Made by a program: the position numbers and the translations under genes. DNA of 59,807 nt, counting the filler. It is 4 parts of 4 records of this genome, joined end to end, with 100 filler letters (N's around TTAATTAATTAA, not from the genome) between each part and the next. Parts side by side here need not be neighbours in the genome. Positions count along the whole stretch, not along the records: positions 1 to 26,348 come from DRR723986_2420; positions 26,449 to 31,853 come from DRR723986_2422; positions 31,954 to 40,750 come from DRR723986_2423; 1 more part is not named here. One strand, given 5' to 3'. Under the pieces are notes generated by a model. The model made no database searches, was not told where the DNA came from, and saw only the letters and a program-made list of their open reading frames with translations. The stretch's first letter is position 1. Every line of letters begins with the position of its first letter. Positions 21,105-32,198 of this stretch are shown here, one piece after another.

Positions 21105-22420
21105 TGAGACTAGTGCTTGGCCTTGTTGTGGGCGTGATGATGATTGGACAGGTTGCACAGGCTCAAAACCAGCCATTGCGCCTTGAGATTACCGAGGGTG
21201 TGATTGAACCGTTGCCCTTTGCGGTTCCGAATTTTGTACCTGCTAATGCGGCAGCGGCAGAGCTGGCATCAGATCTGTCACGTGTGGTTGCGGCTGATTT
21301 GAATGGCACCGGGCTTTTCCGCGAAATCCCATCTAGCGCGTACATTAGCCAGATCACCGATTTCAGTGCCCCGGTTCAGTTTGCGGATTGGAAGGCGATC
21401 AACGCACAGGCCTTGGTGACTGGATCAATCAGCGTTTCTGGCAATCGTGTTACAGTTGGGTTCCGGGTCTGGGACGTTTTTTCCGACAAGGAAATGAAGC
21501 CTGGGTTGCAGTTTTCTGGCACGAAAGATGGCTGGCGCCGCATGGCGCATAAGGTGGCGGATGCGGTTTATAGCCGGATCACGGGCGAAGGCGGGTATTT
21601 TGACAGCCGCGTTGTGTTCGTTTCGGAATCGGGTCCCAAAAACCAGCGACGCAAGCGGTTGGCGATCATGGATTATGACGGGGCCAATGTTCAGTACCTG
21701 ACCGACAGTTCGGCAATCGTTCTGGCACCCCGGTTCTCGCCAACTGGTGATCGCGTGCTTTACACCAGTTACGAGAGCGGGTTCCCGCGCATTTATGTGT
21801 TGGATGTTGGCAAGGTTCAGCGTCGGGTCTTGGAAAGCCAAGAGGGCACGATGAGCTTTGCCCCCCGGTTTTCACCTGACGGGCAGAAAGTGGTCTATTC
21901 GCTGTCGCAAGGGGGGAATACTGATCTCTACCTGATGACAATCAGCAATGGGCAGAGCAAGCGTTTGACGTCGACGCCGTCGATTGAAACCGCGCCCAGC
22001 TTTTCGCCGGATGGCAGCCAGATTGTGTTTGAAAGTGACCGATCTGGCAGCCCGCAAATTTATGTGATGGCAACCAGTGGCGGTGAAGCAAAGCGCATCA
22101 GCTTTGGCAAAGGTCGCTATGGGACGCCCGTCTGGTCCCCACGCGGGGATATGATTGCCTTTACCAAGCAAAACAAAGGCCGCTTTCATATCGGTGTGAT
22201 GCGGGCGAATGGTAGCGAAGAACGTCTTTTGACCGCCTCTTTTCTGGACGAAGGTCCAACGTGGTCACCAAATGGGCGTGTGATCATGTTCATGCGGGAA
22301 ACGCAGGGCGCGTCTGGGCGGTCGTCGCTCTATTCTGTGGACATCTCAGGGCGCAATTTGCGTCCGGTGCAAACGCCGGACGGGGGCAGTGACCCAGCCT
22401 GGTCACCGTTGCAAAAGTGA
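21101..22420 (+). CDS. tolB: Tol-Pal beta-propeller protein TolB
   Basis: Signal peptide, AHKVADAVY, repeated PxFSPDG/PxWSP PD40 motifs. Confidence 0.97.
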   Translation: MMRLVLGLVVGVMMIGQVAQAQNQPLRLEITEGVIEPLPFAVPNFVPANAAAAELASDLSRVVAADLNGTGLFREIPSSAYISQITDFSAPVQFADWKAINAQALVTGSISVSGNRVTVGFRVWDVFSDKEMKPGLQFSGTKDGWRRMAHKVADAVYSRITGEGGYFDSRVVFVSESGPKNQRRKRLAIMDYDGANVQYLTDSSAIVLAPRFSPTGDRVLYTSYESGFPRIYVLDVGKVQRRVLESQEGTMSFAPRFSPDGQKVVYSLSQGGNTDLYLMTISNGQSKRLTSTPSIETAPSFSPDGSQIVFESDRSGSPQIYVMATSGGEAKRISFGKGRYGTPVWSPRGDMIAFTKQNKGRFHIGVMRANGSEERLLTASFLDEGPTWSPNGRVIMFMRETQGASGRSSLYSVDISGRNLRPVQTPDGGSDPAWSPLQK

Positions 22421-22513
22421 CACCGCAATATCATACCCTAGCGCACGTTCACATGCGCTGGGGGCTGTGATAAAACGAGACAAGACCAATAATCAAAGCG
22501 CGAGGCATTCGAA

Positions 22514-23020
22514 ATGAATTTAGTGAGCAAGCTCATAGCGGGTTGCGCCTTGATGGCGTTGGCTGCGTGTAACAATCCGACGGACGGCACCGATGGCGGC
22601 CCGATTGATCCCAATGCTGGAACGACAGCTCCGGGGTTGATTGGGGATCAGACGTCGCCGTCTTATTTTCAGCAGGCGATTGGGGACCGGGTTCTTTTTA
22701 CTGTTGATCAGTCCACGATCAACAGCGAAGCACAGTCTATCTTGTTAGCACAGGCCAATTGGTTGCTTGCCAACACGGATTATAACGCGACCATCGAAGG
22801 TCATGCTGACGAGCAAGGGACGCGGGAATATAACCTTGCGTTGGGGGCGCGACGGGCGAATGCAGCGCGCGAGTTTTTGATTTCCAAGGGCGTAGCCGGG
22901 AGCCGTCTCAAAACTGTGAGCTATGGCAAGGAACGCCCGATTGAAATTTGCAGCGAAGAAAGCTGTTATGCGAAAAACCGGCGCGCTGTGACTGTGCTGC
23001 TGGGCGGCTTGGCGGGGTAG
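22514..23020 (+). CDS. pal: Peptidoglycan-associated lipoprotein Pal
   Basis: Lipobox LAAC; IEGHADEQGTREYNLALGARRA, SYGKERP, NRRA. Confidence 0.97.
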   Translation: MNLVSKLIAGCALMALAACNNPTDGTDGGPIDPNAGTTAPGLIGDQTSPSYFQQAIGDRVLFTVDQSTINSEAQSILLAQANWLLANTDYNATIEGHADEQGTREYNLALGARRANAAREFLISKGVAGSRLKTVSYGKERPIEICSEESCYAKNRRAVTVLLGGLAG

Positions 23021-23024
23021 AGCA

Positions 23025-23855
23025 ATGCACATGATGGCACGGGTGATGGCTGCAACAACTGCGGTTGTGGTTCTGATGGCTGGGGGCGTTTCTGCCCAAT
23101 CCCAGCAAACGCTTGGCGATATCCGACAAGAATTGACCGTGCTGCATGTTGAGGTTCAACGTCTCAAGCGGGAGCTTTCGACAACCGGTGCCCCGTCACA
23201 GAACCTGTCGGGGAGCTCGGTTTTGGATCGTGTTGCTACGATTGAAGCTGAATTGCAGCGTCTGACACGGCAAACGGAACAGCTGGATCACCGGGTCAAT
23301 CGCATCGTTCAGGACGGGACCAATCGGATTGGCGATCTAGAATTCCGGCTTGTCGAACTGGAAGGCGGTGATGTGAGCCAGTTGGGCGAAACCTCAACCC
23401 TTGGCGGGGATAGTGCGGCCGCGAACCAGACACCCGTTTCTCCGTCTCAGCCAGAAGCTGAAAGCGAATTAGCTGTTGGAGAGAAGGCCGAGTTCGAAGC
23501 GGCTACGCAGGCTCTGAGCGACAAGGAGTTTGACCAAGCCGCAAAGTTGTTTGGCCAGTTTAACGCGAGTTATCCCGGCAGCCCGTTGGCGTCGGCGGCG
23601 CATTTGAACCGAGGCAAGGCGCTGGATGGTTTGGGGGATACCCGCGAAGCCGCCCGGGCGTATCTCGCCAGCTTTACTGGCAATTCCACGGGTCCAGTTG
23701 CACCGCAAGCTTTGTACGAATTGGGGGCAGCTTTGGGACGTTTGGGGCAATCTAGTCAGGCCTGTGTCACGCTGAGCGAAGTTTCGGTCCGCTTTCCTGT
23801 GTCTGACGCGGTGAGTGATGCCCAATCGGAAATGACCAAGCTGGGCTGTTCCTAA
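23025..23855 (+). CDS. cpoB: Tol-Pal protein YbgF/CpoB
   Basis: Signal peptide, coiled coil, TPR-like C-terminus; lies after pal. Exact start among three clustered ATGs is uncertain. Confidence 0.88.
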   Translation: MHMMARVMAATTAVVVLMAGGVSAQSQQTLGDIRQELTVLHVEVQRLKRELSTTGAPSQNLSGSSVLDRVATIEAELQRLTRQTEQLDHRVNRIVQDGTNRIGDLEFRLVELEGGDVSQLGETSTLGGDSAAANQTPVSPSQPEAESELAVGEKAEFEAATQALSDKEFDQAAKLFGQFNASYPGSPLASAAHLNRGKALDGLGDTREAARAYLASFTGNSTGPVAPQALYELGAALGRLGQSSQACVTLSEVSVRFPVSDAVSDAQSEMTKLGCS

Positions 23856-23859
23856 TCTC

Positions 23860-25104
23860 GTGACGGACCACCTTGTCTCGCACATTCGGTCACAGTTTTC
23901 ATCTGACCCTCCTGCTCGAATCGGCGTTGCGGTTTCTGGTGGGGGGGATTCTGTTGCTCTGTTGCATTTGCTATGTCGCGCATTTGCGTCTGACCCGGTT
24001 TCGATTCATGCGGTGACGGTGGATCACGGGTTACGGCCGGAAGCGGCGCAAGAAGCCCAAGACGTTGCTGCGTGCGCGGCTCGGTTGGGGGTATCACACG
24101 ATATTTTGCGATGGGACCGTTGGGATGGGCAGGGCAACCTGCAAGATCAAGCCCGGCGCGCGCGGTATGATCTGTTGCAGGGCTGGGCCATGGAAGAGGG
24201 CATCGCGACGATTGCCCTTGGACACACTGCCGACGATCAAGCCGAAACCGTTCTGATGCGGTTGGCACGTGGGGCGGGTGTCAGTGGCTTAAGTGGGATG
24301 TCGGCTGAACGGTCTTTAGGCGAGGTTGTGCTGGTTCGCCCCATGTTGGCGTTATCGCGCGCGGATCTGCGCACCTATCTTGGGGCGTTGGGGGAGAGTT
24401 GGGCCGAGGATCCGTCTAATCAGGACCTGCGGTTTGATCGCATAAAAGCGCGCGAGGCTTTGCGGGATTTAGAGCCGTTGGGCGTGACGCAGGCGTCATT
24501 GTCCATGGTCGCCCGTAACATGACACACGCCCGAGAGGCGTTGAATTGGCACGTTCATGATATGGCCAAGCGGATCATTCAGATCGATGCTGGGGACATT
24601 GTGGTCCCGCGCGCGGAATTCTTGGGGCTGCCCTACGAAACGCGGCGGCGACTGTTGGTTGGGGCGGTGAATTGGATCAATGTATCGGATTATGGCCCGC
24701 GCCGGGCGGCTGTAGAACATGTTCTGACTGCACTGGATCGCGGCGCCACTGGATCGGTTGGTGGGTGTCTTGTCTTGAAGCAGGGCGGTACATTTAGGAT
24801 CTGCCGGGAATATAATGCAGTGCGGGATCTCGTATCTACACCCACAGAGGTTTGGGATCAACGGTGGCGCATTTCAGGTCCGACGTTAGCGGGGGCCGAA
24901 GTGCGCGCACTCGGTGAGGCCGGATTGCAGTATTGTGAAGAGTGGCGCGCCACTGGGCGCCCGATGGCTGCGTTGCTGGCAACGCCTGCAATCTGGGCGG
25001 GATCGCGCCTTATTGCGGCACCATTGGCCAGAGATGAGCAAAAATGGCAGGCAAAATTGGAAATTGGGCAAGAAGGTTTCCTCGGATCGCTTTTATCGCA
25101 TTGA
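23860..25104 (+). CDS. tilS: tRNA(Ile)-lysidine synthetase
   Basis: AVSGGGDSVAL PP-loop, VDHGLR, GHTADDQAETVLMRL, EDPSN. Confidence 0.96.
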   Translation: MTDHLVSHIRSQFSSDPPARIGVAVSGGGDSVALLHLLCRAFASDPVSIHAVTVDHGLRPEAAQEAQDVAACAARLGVSHDILRWDRWDGQGNLQDQARRARYDLLQGWAMEEGIATIALGHTADDQAETVLMRLARGAGVSGLSGMSAERSLGEVVLVRPMLALSRADLRTYLGALGESWAEDPSNQDLRFDRIKAREALRDLEPLGVTQASLSMVARNMTHAREALNWHVHDMAKRIIQIDAGDIVVPRAEFLGLPYETRRRLLVGAVNWINVSDYGPRRAAVEHVLTALDRGATGSVGGCLVLKQGGTFRICREYNAVRDLVSTPTEVWDQRWRISGPTLAGAEVRALGEAGLQYCEEWRATGRPMAALLATPAIWAGSRLIAAPLARDEQKWQAKLEIGQEGFLGSLLSH

Positions 25105-25179
25105 ACCTGCCTCAAAGCTCTCTATTTTAGTGGTCTAGTCGGCCATTTCCCAAAAGGCCGAAAGATTAGGAGAGTTTCC

Positions 25180-26348
25180 TTGGGCAACGCACGCAATATC
25201 GCCTTCTGGGTCGTACTGTTTTTGCTGATTCTTGCTCTGTTCAACTTGTTCAGTGGCTCCGGTGGAGCCCTGCAGAGCCAAGAGCGGACGTATTCCGATT
25301 TTGTCAGCTCGGTTGAAGCAGGCGATGTCAGCCAAGTCACATTGGATGGCGAGCAGATTCGGTTCCAGGCCAACGGTCAGGATTATGTGACCATTAAACC
25401 CGGCGATGCCGAAGTGACCGCCTTGTTGATCGACAAGAACATCCCGGTCCGCGCTGAAAAGCAGCAGCAGTCAGGGTTCCAGTCGTTCTTGATCACGTTG
25501 CTGCCGTTTGTGCTGCTGATTGGTGTCTGGGTTTATTTCATGAACCGGATGCAGGGTGGCGGCAAAGGCGGAGCGATGGGCTTTGGCAAATCCAAAGCCA
25601 AGATGCTGACAGAAAAGCATGGTCGCGTGACGTTTGATGATGTCGCGGGCATCGACGAAGCCAAAGAAGAGCTGGAAGAGATCGTAGAGTTCTTGCGCAA
25701 CCCTCAGAAGTATAGCCGCCTTGGTGGTAAGATTCCCAAGGGCGCTTTGCTGGTGGGCCCTCCGGGGACCGGTAAGACACTGTTGGCGCGAGCGATTGCC
25801 GGTGAAGCAGGCGTGCCGTTCTTTACCATTTCGGGTTCTGACTTTGTCGAGATGTTTGTTGGTGTTGGTGCCAGCCGTGTCCGTGACATGTTTGAGCAGG
25901 CCAAAAAGAATGCACCTTGTATCGTCTTTATCGATGAAATCGACGCCGTGGGTCGCCATCGTGGCGCTGGCTATGGCGGTGGTAATGATGAACGCGAGCA
26001 GACCCTGAACCAGCTTCTGGTTGAGATGGACGGCTTTGAAGCAAACGAAGGCGTGATTATTCTGGCCGCAACCAACCGGAAAGACGTTTTGGATCCGGCA
26101 TTGCTGCGTCCGGGTCGTTTTGACCGTCAGGTGACTGTGGGCAACCCAGATATCAAAGGACGTGAAAAAATCTTGGGCGTTCATGCGCGTAAGACACCGT
26201 TGGGCCCTGATGTCGATCTGCGGATCATCGCACGTGGTACGCCGGGTTTCTCTGGTGCAGATCTGGCGAACTTGGTGAACGAGGCGGCATTGATGGCGGC
26301 GCGCGTTGGCCGCAGGTTCGTCACGATGGAAGATTTCGAGAACGCCAA
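25180..26348 (+). CDS. ftsH: ATP-dependent zinc metalloprotease FtsH (3'-truncated at contig end)
   Basis: Two TMs, [27 protein letters not shown]; runs into the N spacer. Confidence 0.97.
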
Positions 26349-26448
26349 NNNNNNNNNNNNNNNNNNNNNNNNNNNNNNNNNNNNNNNNNNNNTTAATTAA
26401 TTAANNNNNNNNNNNNNNNNNNNNNNNNNNNNNNNNNNNNNNNNNNNN
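26349..26448. other. Artificial contig spacer N44-TTAATTAATTAA-N44
   Basis: Exactly 100 nt with stop codons in all six frames; identical to the two other spacers. Confidence 0.98.
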
Positions 26449-26610
26449 GGCTGTGGGCACATTGTGCGCTGAATCGTGCCGAATTGAGCGCCTAGAATAT
26501 TACAAGACTGCAATACTGCTTGCGCCGTGTTAATATAGTGTAAATGTACACCGTGACCCGAATCGTCGGTTCTGGTGTTATAATGCCGGTGTAGTGTGGG
26601 GCAGTGGCGG

Positions 26611-27882
26611 ATGATTGGGTGGAAAACCAAGCCTGAAGAGGCGGTGGATGACAACAAACCCAAAGGGTTTGATGATTACGAGATCCGTCTGGGTGATCTG
26701 ATGCGCGGCGAGCGCGCAACATTGGGCAAATCGCTGCTTGATGTGCAACGCGAGCTGCGGATCAAAGCCAATTACATCGCCGCCATCGAAAATTGCGATC
26801 CAACCGCCTTTGATACGCCCGGGTTTATCGCGGGCTATGTGCGCTCGTATGCGCGGTATTTGGGCATGGATCCTGATCAGGCCTTTGCCCAGTTTTGCGC
26901 CGAGAGCGGGTTTTCTACAGCCCATGGCATGTCTGCTGCGGCCAGTGCTACCAAACCCGCCAAACAGCCCCAAACCGGGCTGGCCACCGCGGGCCGCGAC
27001 CCGTTTACCGCCCCGGCCACGCCTTTTGTGCCGGCAGGCGAGGCCCTGTTTTCGCGGATCGAGCCGCGTGCGATTGGGTCTAGCCTGGTGTTGCTGGTGC
27101 TGATCGGGTCGTTGGGTTTTGGGGCGTGGTCGGTTTTGCAAGAGGTGCAGCGCGTGCAATTTGCGCCTGTCGAAAACACCCCCGATGTTTTGGCGGTGCT
27201 CGACCCTGTGCAAGGCGCGGGCCAAGCGCCAGGCCTGGGCCAGGTGCTGGCCGAAGATGTGCTGCCTGATGCGCGTGCGATGGTGCAGATGGCGGCGCCC
27301 ATGGGCATGGCCGATGCAATAGACCGGCCCTATCGCCCGCAGCCTTTGGATGTGCCGGTGATGGTGTCGCGCGATGCGCCTATCTCAACGCTGGATCCGG
27401 CCAATGTTGGCGTATTTGCCCAAGCCGCCCCGCAGATGCCGCAGGTGGATCGGGAAACCTTTCCGCGGGTGGCACAGCAGGTGGGGGGGCAGCTGGGTGC
27501 TGTGGCCCTGGCTGATGCCGGCCCTGCCTTGCCCAAGGTCAGCCAAGACACTGGCCTGGGGGTAACTGTTGTTGCCGCGCGCCCCTCGTGGGTGCGGGTG
27601 CGCGCCGCCGATGGCACGGTGGTGTTCGAAGGTATCTTGGGCGCGGGCGACACCTATGAGGTGGCCCAGGCCGAGGTGCCCCACACCATTCGTGTGGGCG
27701 AAAGCGGTGCGATCTACTTTAACGTCGGTGGCCAAACCTATGGCCCGGCTGGCGAACGTGGCGCGGTGACATCGAATTTGGCGCTGGATGCGGCGCAGTT
27801 GGCGCAAAGCTATGCCTTGGCAGATTTGGCCCAAGATGGCGATCTGGCCCGCGTCGTGGCCGAGCTGACACCGGGTAATTAA
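26611..27882 (+). CDS. RodZ-like protein (HTH_25 + TM + DUF4115)
   Basis: LGDLMRGERATLGKSLLDV...GYVRSYARYLG HTH, a single TM, SWVRVRAADG C-domain; lies upstream of ispG. Confidence 0.85.
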   Translation: MIGWKTKPEEAVDDNKPKGFDDYEIRLGDLMRGERATLGKSLLDVQRELRIKANYIAAIENCDPTAFDTPGFIAGYVRSYARYLGMDPDQAFAQFCAESGFSTAHGMSAAASATKPAKQPQTGLATAGRDPFTAPATPFVPAGEALFSRIEPRAIGSSLVLLVLIGSLGFGAWSVLQEVQRVQFAPVENTPDVLAVLDPVQGAGQAPGLGQVLAEDVLPDARAMVQMAAPMGMADAIDRPYRPQPLDVPVMVSRDAPISTLDPANVGVFAQAAPQMPQVDRETFPRVAQQVGGQLGAVALADAGPALPKVSQDTGLGVTVVAARPSWVRVRAADGTVVFEGILGAGDTYEVAQAEVPHTIRVGESGAIYFNVGGQTYGPAGERGAVTSNLALDAAQLAQSYALADLAQDGDLARVVAELTPGN

Positions 27883-27964
27883 CCGGGTAATTAGGCGCCG
27901 CTTGGCGGTTGCTTATGCGCGGCCAAGGGCCTAATCCTGTTATCAGACAACGATTGGGGCCGTC

Positions 27965-29095
27965 ATGACGCTGAATCATATCCGACCGTGGCGTAATATC
28001 TACCGCCGCCAAAGCCGCCAGATCATGGTGGGCAATGTGCCTGTCGGGGGCGATGCGCCCATCAGCGTGCAAACCATGACAAACACGCTGACCACCGATG
28101 TGGCGGCGACGGTTGGGCAAATTCAACGCGCAGCCGAGGCGGGGGCCGATATTGTGCGCGTCAGCGTGCCCGACGAGGCATCGGCGCGGGCGCTGCGCGA
28201 GATCGTGCGCGAAAGCCCGGTGCCCCTGGTGGCCGATATCCATTTTCACTACAAACGCGGTATCGAAGCGGCCGAGGCGGGCGCGGCCTGCCTGCGCATC
28301 AACCCCGGCAATATCGGCAGCCCGGAACGGGTGCGCGAGGTAATCGCGGCGGCGCGCGATCATGGCTGTTCTATCCGCATTGGTGTGAATGCCGGCAGCT
28401 TGGAAAAGCACTTGCTTGAAAAATACGGCGAGCCGACCCCAGATGCGATGGTAGAAAGCGGTATGGAGCATATCCGCATTCTGCAAGACAACGATTTTCA
28501 CAACTTCAAGATCAGCGTCAAAGCCAGCGATGTGTTCATGGCGGCAGCGGCCTATCAACAATTGGCCGAGGCCACAGATGCCCCTATACACCTGGGCATT
28601 ACCGAGGCGGGTGGGCTGACCTCGGGCACGATAAAATCGGCCATCGGGCTGGGCAACCTGCTGTGGATGGGCATTGGCGATACGATCCGCGTCAGCCTGT
28701 CGGCCGATCCGGTGGAAGAGGTGAAAGTGGGCTACGAGATTTTGAAATCTCTGGGCCTGCGCCACCGCGGGGTGAATATCATCTCGTGCCCCTCTTGCGC
28801 GCGCCAGGGGTTTGACGTGATCAAAACCGTCGAAACCCTGGAAGAGCGGCTTGCCCATATCAAAACCCCGATGAGCCTGTCGATCATCGGCTGCGTTGTG
28901 AATGGCCCGGGCGAGGCGCTGATGACCGATGTGGGCTTTACCGGCGGTGGGGCCGGCAGCGGCATGGTGTATCTGGCAGGCAAGGCCAGCCATAAAATGA
29001 GCAATGCGCAGATGGTGGATCACATCGTCGAACAGGTAGAAAAGAAAGCCGCCGAGATTGACGCTGCCACCGCTGCAGAGGCACCCGGGGCCTAA
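27965..29095 (+). CDS. ispG: (E)-4-hydroxy-3-methylbut-2-enyl-diphosphate synthase
   Basis: [40 protein letters not shown]. Confidence 0.98.
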   Translation: MTLNHIRPWRNIYRRQSRQIMVGNVPVGGDAPISVQTMTNTLTTDVAATVGQIQRAAEAGADIVRVSVPDEASARALREIVRESPVPLVADIHFHYKRGIEAAEAGAACLRINPGNIGSPERVREVIAAARDHGCSIRIGVNAGSLEKHLLEKYGEPTPDAMVESGMEHIRILQDNDFHNFKISVKASDVFMAAAAYQQLAEATDAPIHLGITEAGGLTSGTIKSAIGLGNLLWMGIGDTIRVSLSADPVEEVKVGYEILKSLGLRHRGVNIISCPSCARQGFDVIKTVETLEERLAHIKTPMSLSIIGCVVNGPGEALMTDVGFTGGGAGSGMVYLAGKASHKMSNAQMVDHIVEQVEKKAAEIDAATAAEAPGA

Positions 29096-29655
29096 GGCCG
29101 GGCCGCGCGCTTTTCGATGTAGCGATCCAAAACAATGGGCGGCACGTGGCCGCGCACGACCATATCGTGAAACACATAGACCGGCCATTGCGCGTTTGGG
29201 CCTGTCTCCAGGCCCAGCTGCGCGGCCAGTTTGCGGCTGTTGGCCGGGCCATGGGTGTATATGCGCACAGCGCCCGCCTGCGCCAAAGCCCCCAGCTCGG
29301 CGCGCGCCTCGGGGCAGCTGGGGCAGGGCGCGCCCATCAGCACGGCCAGTTTAACAGGCGCATCCTTGGTGCCCATTGCCGCCGCCCCCGGCGCAAAAAG
29401 CTGTGGCCAAAGCCCCTTTAGCACGGCCTTGTCGCGCGCCGCGTGGGCGGCAAAGCTGCGGGGGGCGGGCAGGCTGGGGGGCACCAACAGCTGGGGTTCA
29501 TCCATGAATAACTGATGTAATGCGCGCTGAAAGGCGCGTTTTTGTGCCGGGTCTTGCAGCAGCTCTTGCAGGCTTTGTGCAGGGGCGGCAGGGCTTGCCA
29601 GTGCCAGCCCCAACGCCCCTGCCAACACCGCGCGCAGGCCGTGGCCCATGATCAC
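29092..29655 (-). CDS. Short DsbA/thioredoxin-like periplasmic protein
   Basis: Signal peptide, CPSC motif; C-terminal PVYVF..VRGHVP parallels PTFVL..LRGYVP of the upstream DsbA. Confidence 0.7.
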   Translation of the reverse strand: MIMGHGLRAVLAGALGLALASPAAPAQSLQELLQDPAQKRAFQRALHQLFMDEPQLLVPPSLPAPRSFAAHAARDKAVLKGLWPQLFAPGAAAMGTKDAPVKLAVLMGAPCPSCPEARAELGALAQAGAVRIYTHGPANSRKLAAQLGLETGPNAQWPVYVFHDMVVRGHVPPIVLDRYIEKRAARP

Positions 29656-30404
29656 TGCGCCCGAATTTCGGCCACCAGTTTTTTCATACCATCAAGCGGC
29701 ACATAGCCACGCAACATCTGCTCGCCCAGAACAAAGGTGGGGGTGCCATTGATCTGCAACCGCGCCGCCAATTGATGGGTGTCGCGGATCACGGCTGTTA
29801 CCTCGTCGCTGTCCATCTTGGCCAAGATGGGCGCGGCATCCAGCCCCAGATCGGCGGCCAGGCGTTCCAGGCTTTCGGGGCCAACGGTGCCTTTGAAAGC
29901 GATCAGCGCATCATGCACCGATTTGTAGGCGGCATCGCCCGCCACCATGCGCGTGGCGATGGCAAAGCGCGACGATATCACGGATTGATCGCCCAGAATG
30001 GGAAACTCTTTCAGGATGAAACGGATATTGCCATCGCTTTGCACCAATTGGGCCACTTCGTCATGGGCCTTGCGGCAGTAGCCGCAGCGATAATCGACAA
30101 ATTCAACCAAGGTGATATCGCCTTGCAGATTGCCGCCCACCCAGCTGTTTTCATCTTGAAAAATGGCCGCGCTGTTCACGCTGATCATATCGCGATCTGT
30201 TTGGGTTTGGGCATTGGCCTGGCGCGCCTCTAGCACGGCCACCGCCTCCATGATTACCTCGGGGTTTTCCAGCAGATAGGCGCGCACCTCGGCCCGGAAC
30301 GCTGTGCGCTCGGCCTCAGTCATTTGGCCCAGATCAAGCGCGGCCAGGGGCGATGCAGTGGCACAAACCAGCGCCATGGCGCCTGCGGCAAGGATATGTT
30401 TCAT
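29652..30404 (-). CDS. DsbA-family (ScsC/Com1-like) thiol-disulfide oxidoreductase
   Basis: Signal peptide, VRAYLLENPEVI, EFVDYRCGYC, KEFPILG, INGTP. Confidence 0.92.
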   Translation of the reverse strand: MKHILAAGAMALVCATASPLAALDLGQMTEAERTAFRAEVRAYLLENPEVIMEAVAVLEARQANAQTQTDRDMISVNSAAIFQDENSWVGGNLQGDITLVEFVDYRCGYCRKAHDEVAQLVQSDGNIRFILKEFPILGDQSVISSRFAIATRMVAGDAAYKSVHDALIAFKGTVGPESLERLAADLGLDAAPILAKMDSDEVTAVIRDTHQLAARLQINGTPTFVLGEQMLRGYVPLDGMKKLVAEIRAQ

Positions 30405-30417
30405 GGTGCGATCTCCG

Positions 30418-31740
30418 TTATTTTGCTAGGGCAGCTTCGGCCCCAGAAAGCACATCTTGGGCGCGGATACCAGCGCGCGATCCTGGTGTCACTTGGCCCA
30501 AGGCGCGGTTGGCATGCAGGCGCGCATCGGCAAATTGACCCAGCAGCGCATAGCGTTCTGCCGTCACCACCGAGGCCATGCCCCGTTCGTTATTTTTCGC
30601 ATAAGCCAGGGCCAAATCGCGCAGCACCGCAACATTGCGAAAATCGCGCGCGCGGGCGCGTTCCAAAACATCGCGTGCCTCGCGCGGCTGGCCCGCCGCC
30701 AACATAGCGCGCCCATAGCCTGCCAAGATCAGCGCGTTGCGCGGCGCCAGTTCCGTGGCCCGGCGATAGGCCAAAACCGCCTGATCCACCCGGCGGCTTT
30801 CCAGCAGAATTTGCCCGCGCAATTCGTGAATAAAGGCGTCGTCTGGATGGGCCAGCGCCAGCCGGTCGATGGCGGCAATCGCTTGAGCACTATCGGGAAT
30901 GCGGTGCCATGCGATGGCCTGCATCATTTGCGCCAGATCGGCATGGTCTTGCTTGCGCGCGGCCATTTGCGCCCAGCTGGGGGCGCGCAAAAAGGCGCCC
31001 AGCTTGGCCTGTGCCCGCGCCATCCAATATTCGGCCTGGGGGTTTGGGGCCGCGGCATTGGGCGCGGCCTTGATCAAGGCCTCCATCGCGCGGAACCGGT
31101 CGCGCGACAGCGGGTGACTGCGCGCATAGGTATCTTGCTGGGTGGGGGTTAACAGCTCTTGTCCGCGAAACAGATCGAACACGCGCAAATAGGCGTTGGG
31201 GTCTATCCCTGCGCGGATCAAATAGCGCAGGCCGCTGGCATCGGCGGCGCTTTCTTCGGTGCGGGTGTGGCTCATAAAGTTTTGCGTGGCAGCCCCCATG
31301 ATGCCACGCGCCAATGCCCCGGCGGCGGCCGTCTCGCCAGTGGTGGCGGCGGTTGCCGCGGCCAGGGCCACGCCAAACCCCGCAACGGTGCTGGCGCGCT
31401 GCATATTCTGCATGCGCCGCGCGATATGGCCGTTTTGGATATGGGCCACCTCATGGGCGATCACGGCCTGCAATTCGGCGGCGCTTTTCAGCCGCAAGAT
31501 CAGGCCGGAATGCAAGAATATATGCTGCGTATCGATCACAAACGCGTTCAGCGCGGGGTCGTTGACCACCAGAATGCGGGTGCCGAAACTGGGCATGCCA
31601 GCGGCCAGCAGCACCGGCTGTGCCAATTCGCTAAGCGCGTTTTCGATATCGGGGTCACGAATCAAACTTGCGGCGCGGGCGGGCAGGGTGGCCAGCAGGG
31701 CAAAAGCCGCCAACAGCACAACGCGCATCAGATAATTCAT
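30418..31740 (-). CDS. M48 family metalloprotease with TPR repeats (BepA-like)
   Basis: LNAFV, AHEVAH (HExxH), EESAAD, SHP, TPR-like C-terminus. Likely start ATG 31740. Confidence 0.9.
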   Translation of the reverse strand: MNYLMRVVLLAAFALLATLPARAASLIRDPDIENALSELAQPVLLAAGMPSFGTRILVVNDPALNAFVIDTQHIFLHSGLILRLKSAAELQAVIAHEVAHIQNGHIARRMQNMQRASTVAGFGVALAAATAATTGETAAAGALARGIMGAATQNFMSHTRTEESAADASGLRYLIRAGIDPNAYLRVFDLFRGQELLTPTQQDTYARSHPLSRDRFRAMEALIKAAPNAAAPNPQAEYWMARAQAKLGAFLRAPSWAQMAARKQDHADLAQMMQAIAWHRIPDSAQAIAAIDRLALAHPDDAFIHELRGQILLESRRVDQAVLAYRRATELAPRNALILAGYGRAMLAAGQPREARDVLERARARDFRNVAVLRDLALAYAKNNERGMASVVTAERYALLGQFADARLHANRALGQVTPGSRAGIRAQDVLSGAEAALAK

Positions 31741-31853
31741 TGACCCTGCACCCCTTTCCTTGCGAATACCAACACGCATAGCATAGGAGCGCGGATATGC
31801 GGAACTCAACCCGTGGTGAAGTGGATCCCTTTATTGTGATGGATGTGATGGAG

Positions 31854-31953
31854 NNNNNNNNNNNNNNNNNNNNNNNNNNNNNNNNNNNNNNNNNNNNTTA
31901 ATTAATTAANNNNNNNNNNNNNNNNNNNNNNNNNNNNNNNNNNNNNNNNNNNN
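31854..31953. other. Artificial contig spacer N44-TTAATTAATTAA-N44
   Basis: Same 100-nt spacer. Confidence 0.98.
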
Positions 31954-31954
31954 C

Positions 31955-31991
31955 AACAGGGTCGAGCCCTTAGGGCTGGACCCTGTTTTTT
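31955..31991 (+). terminator. Intrinsic terminator of a gene outside the contig
   Basis: AACAGGGTC-G-AGCCC-tta-GGGCT-G-GACCCTGTT followed by a T run. Confidence 0.75.
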
Positions 31992-32198
31992 CTTGCGGAT
32001 TATTATGCATTTTCATCTCGCAAATGTTATGCTCTTTTTCGTAGTGCTCAAAGACGCTCCACAGCATGAGACTTCAGCGCTCGATGCTGATAATTGTGGA
32101 TGCTCGGCGAGTGTTCAGGGCATCACAGTCCGTTCTCACTGGCGCACAATTTTCAGAAATTGAGGCGTTAAGCCGGAGTCCCAAAGAATTCGGGTAGG

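Noticed and set aside
26393-26404. TTAATTAATTAA palindrome (also in the other two gaps) as a regulatory or CtrA-like site
   Set aside because: Embedded in N runs and identical three times; an artificial six-frame stop linker.
27719-29188. 489-aa antisense ORF over ispG
   Set aside because: Shadow ORF produced by codon bias on the opposite strand of a certain gene.
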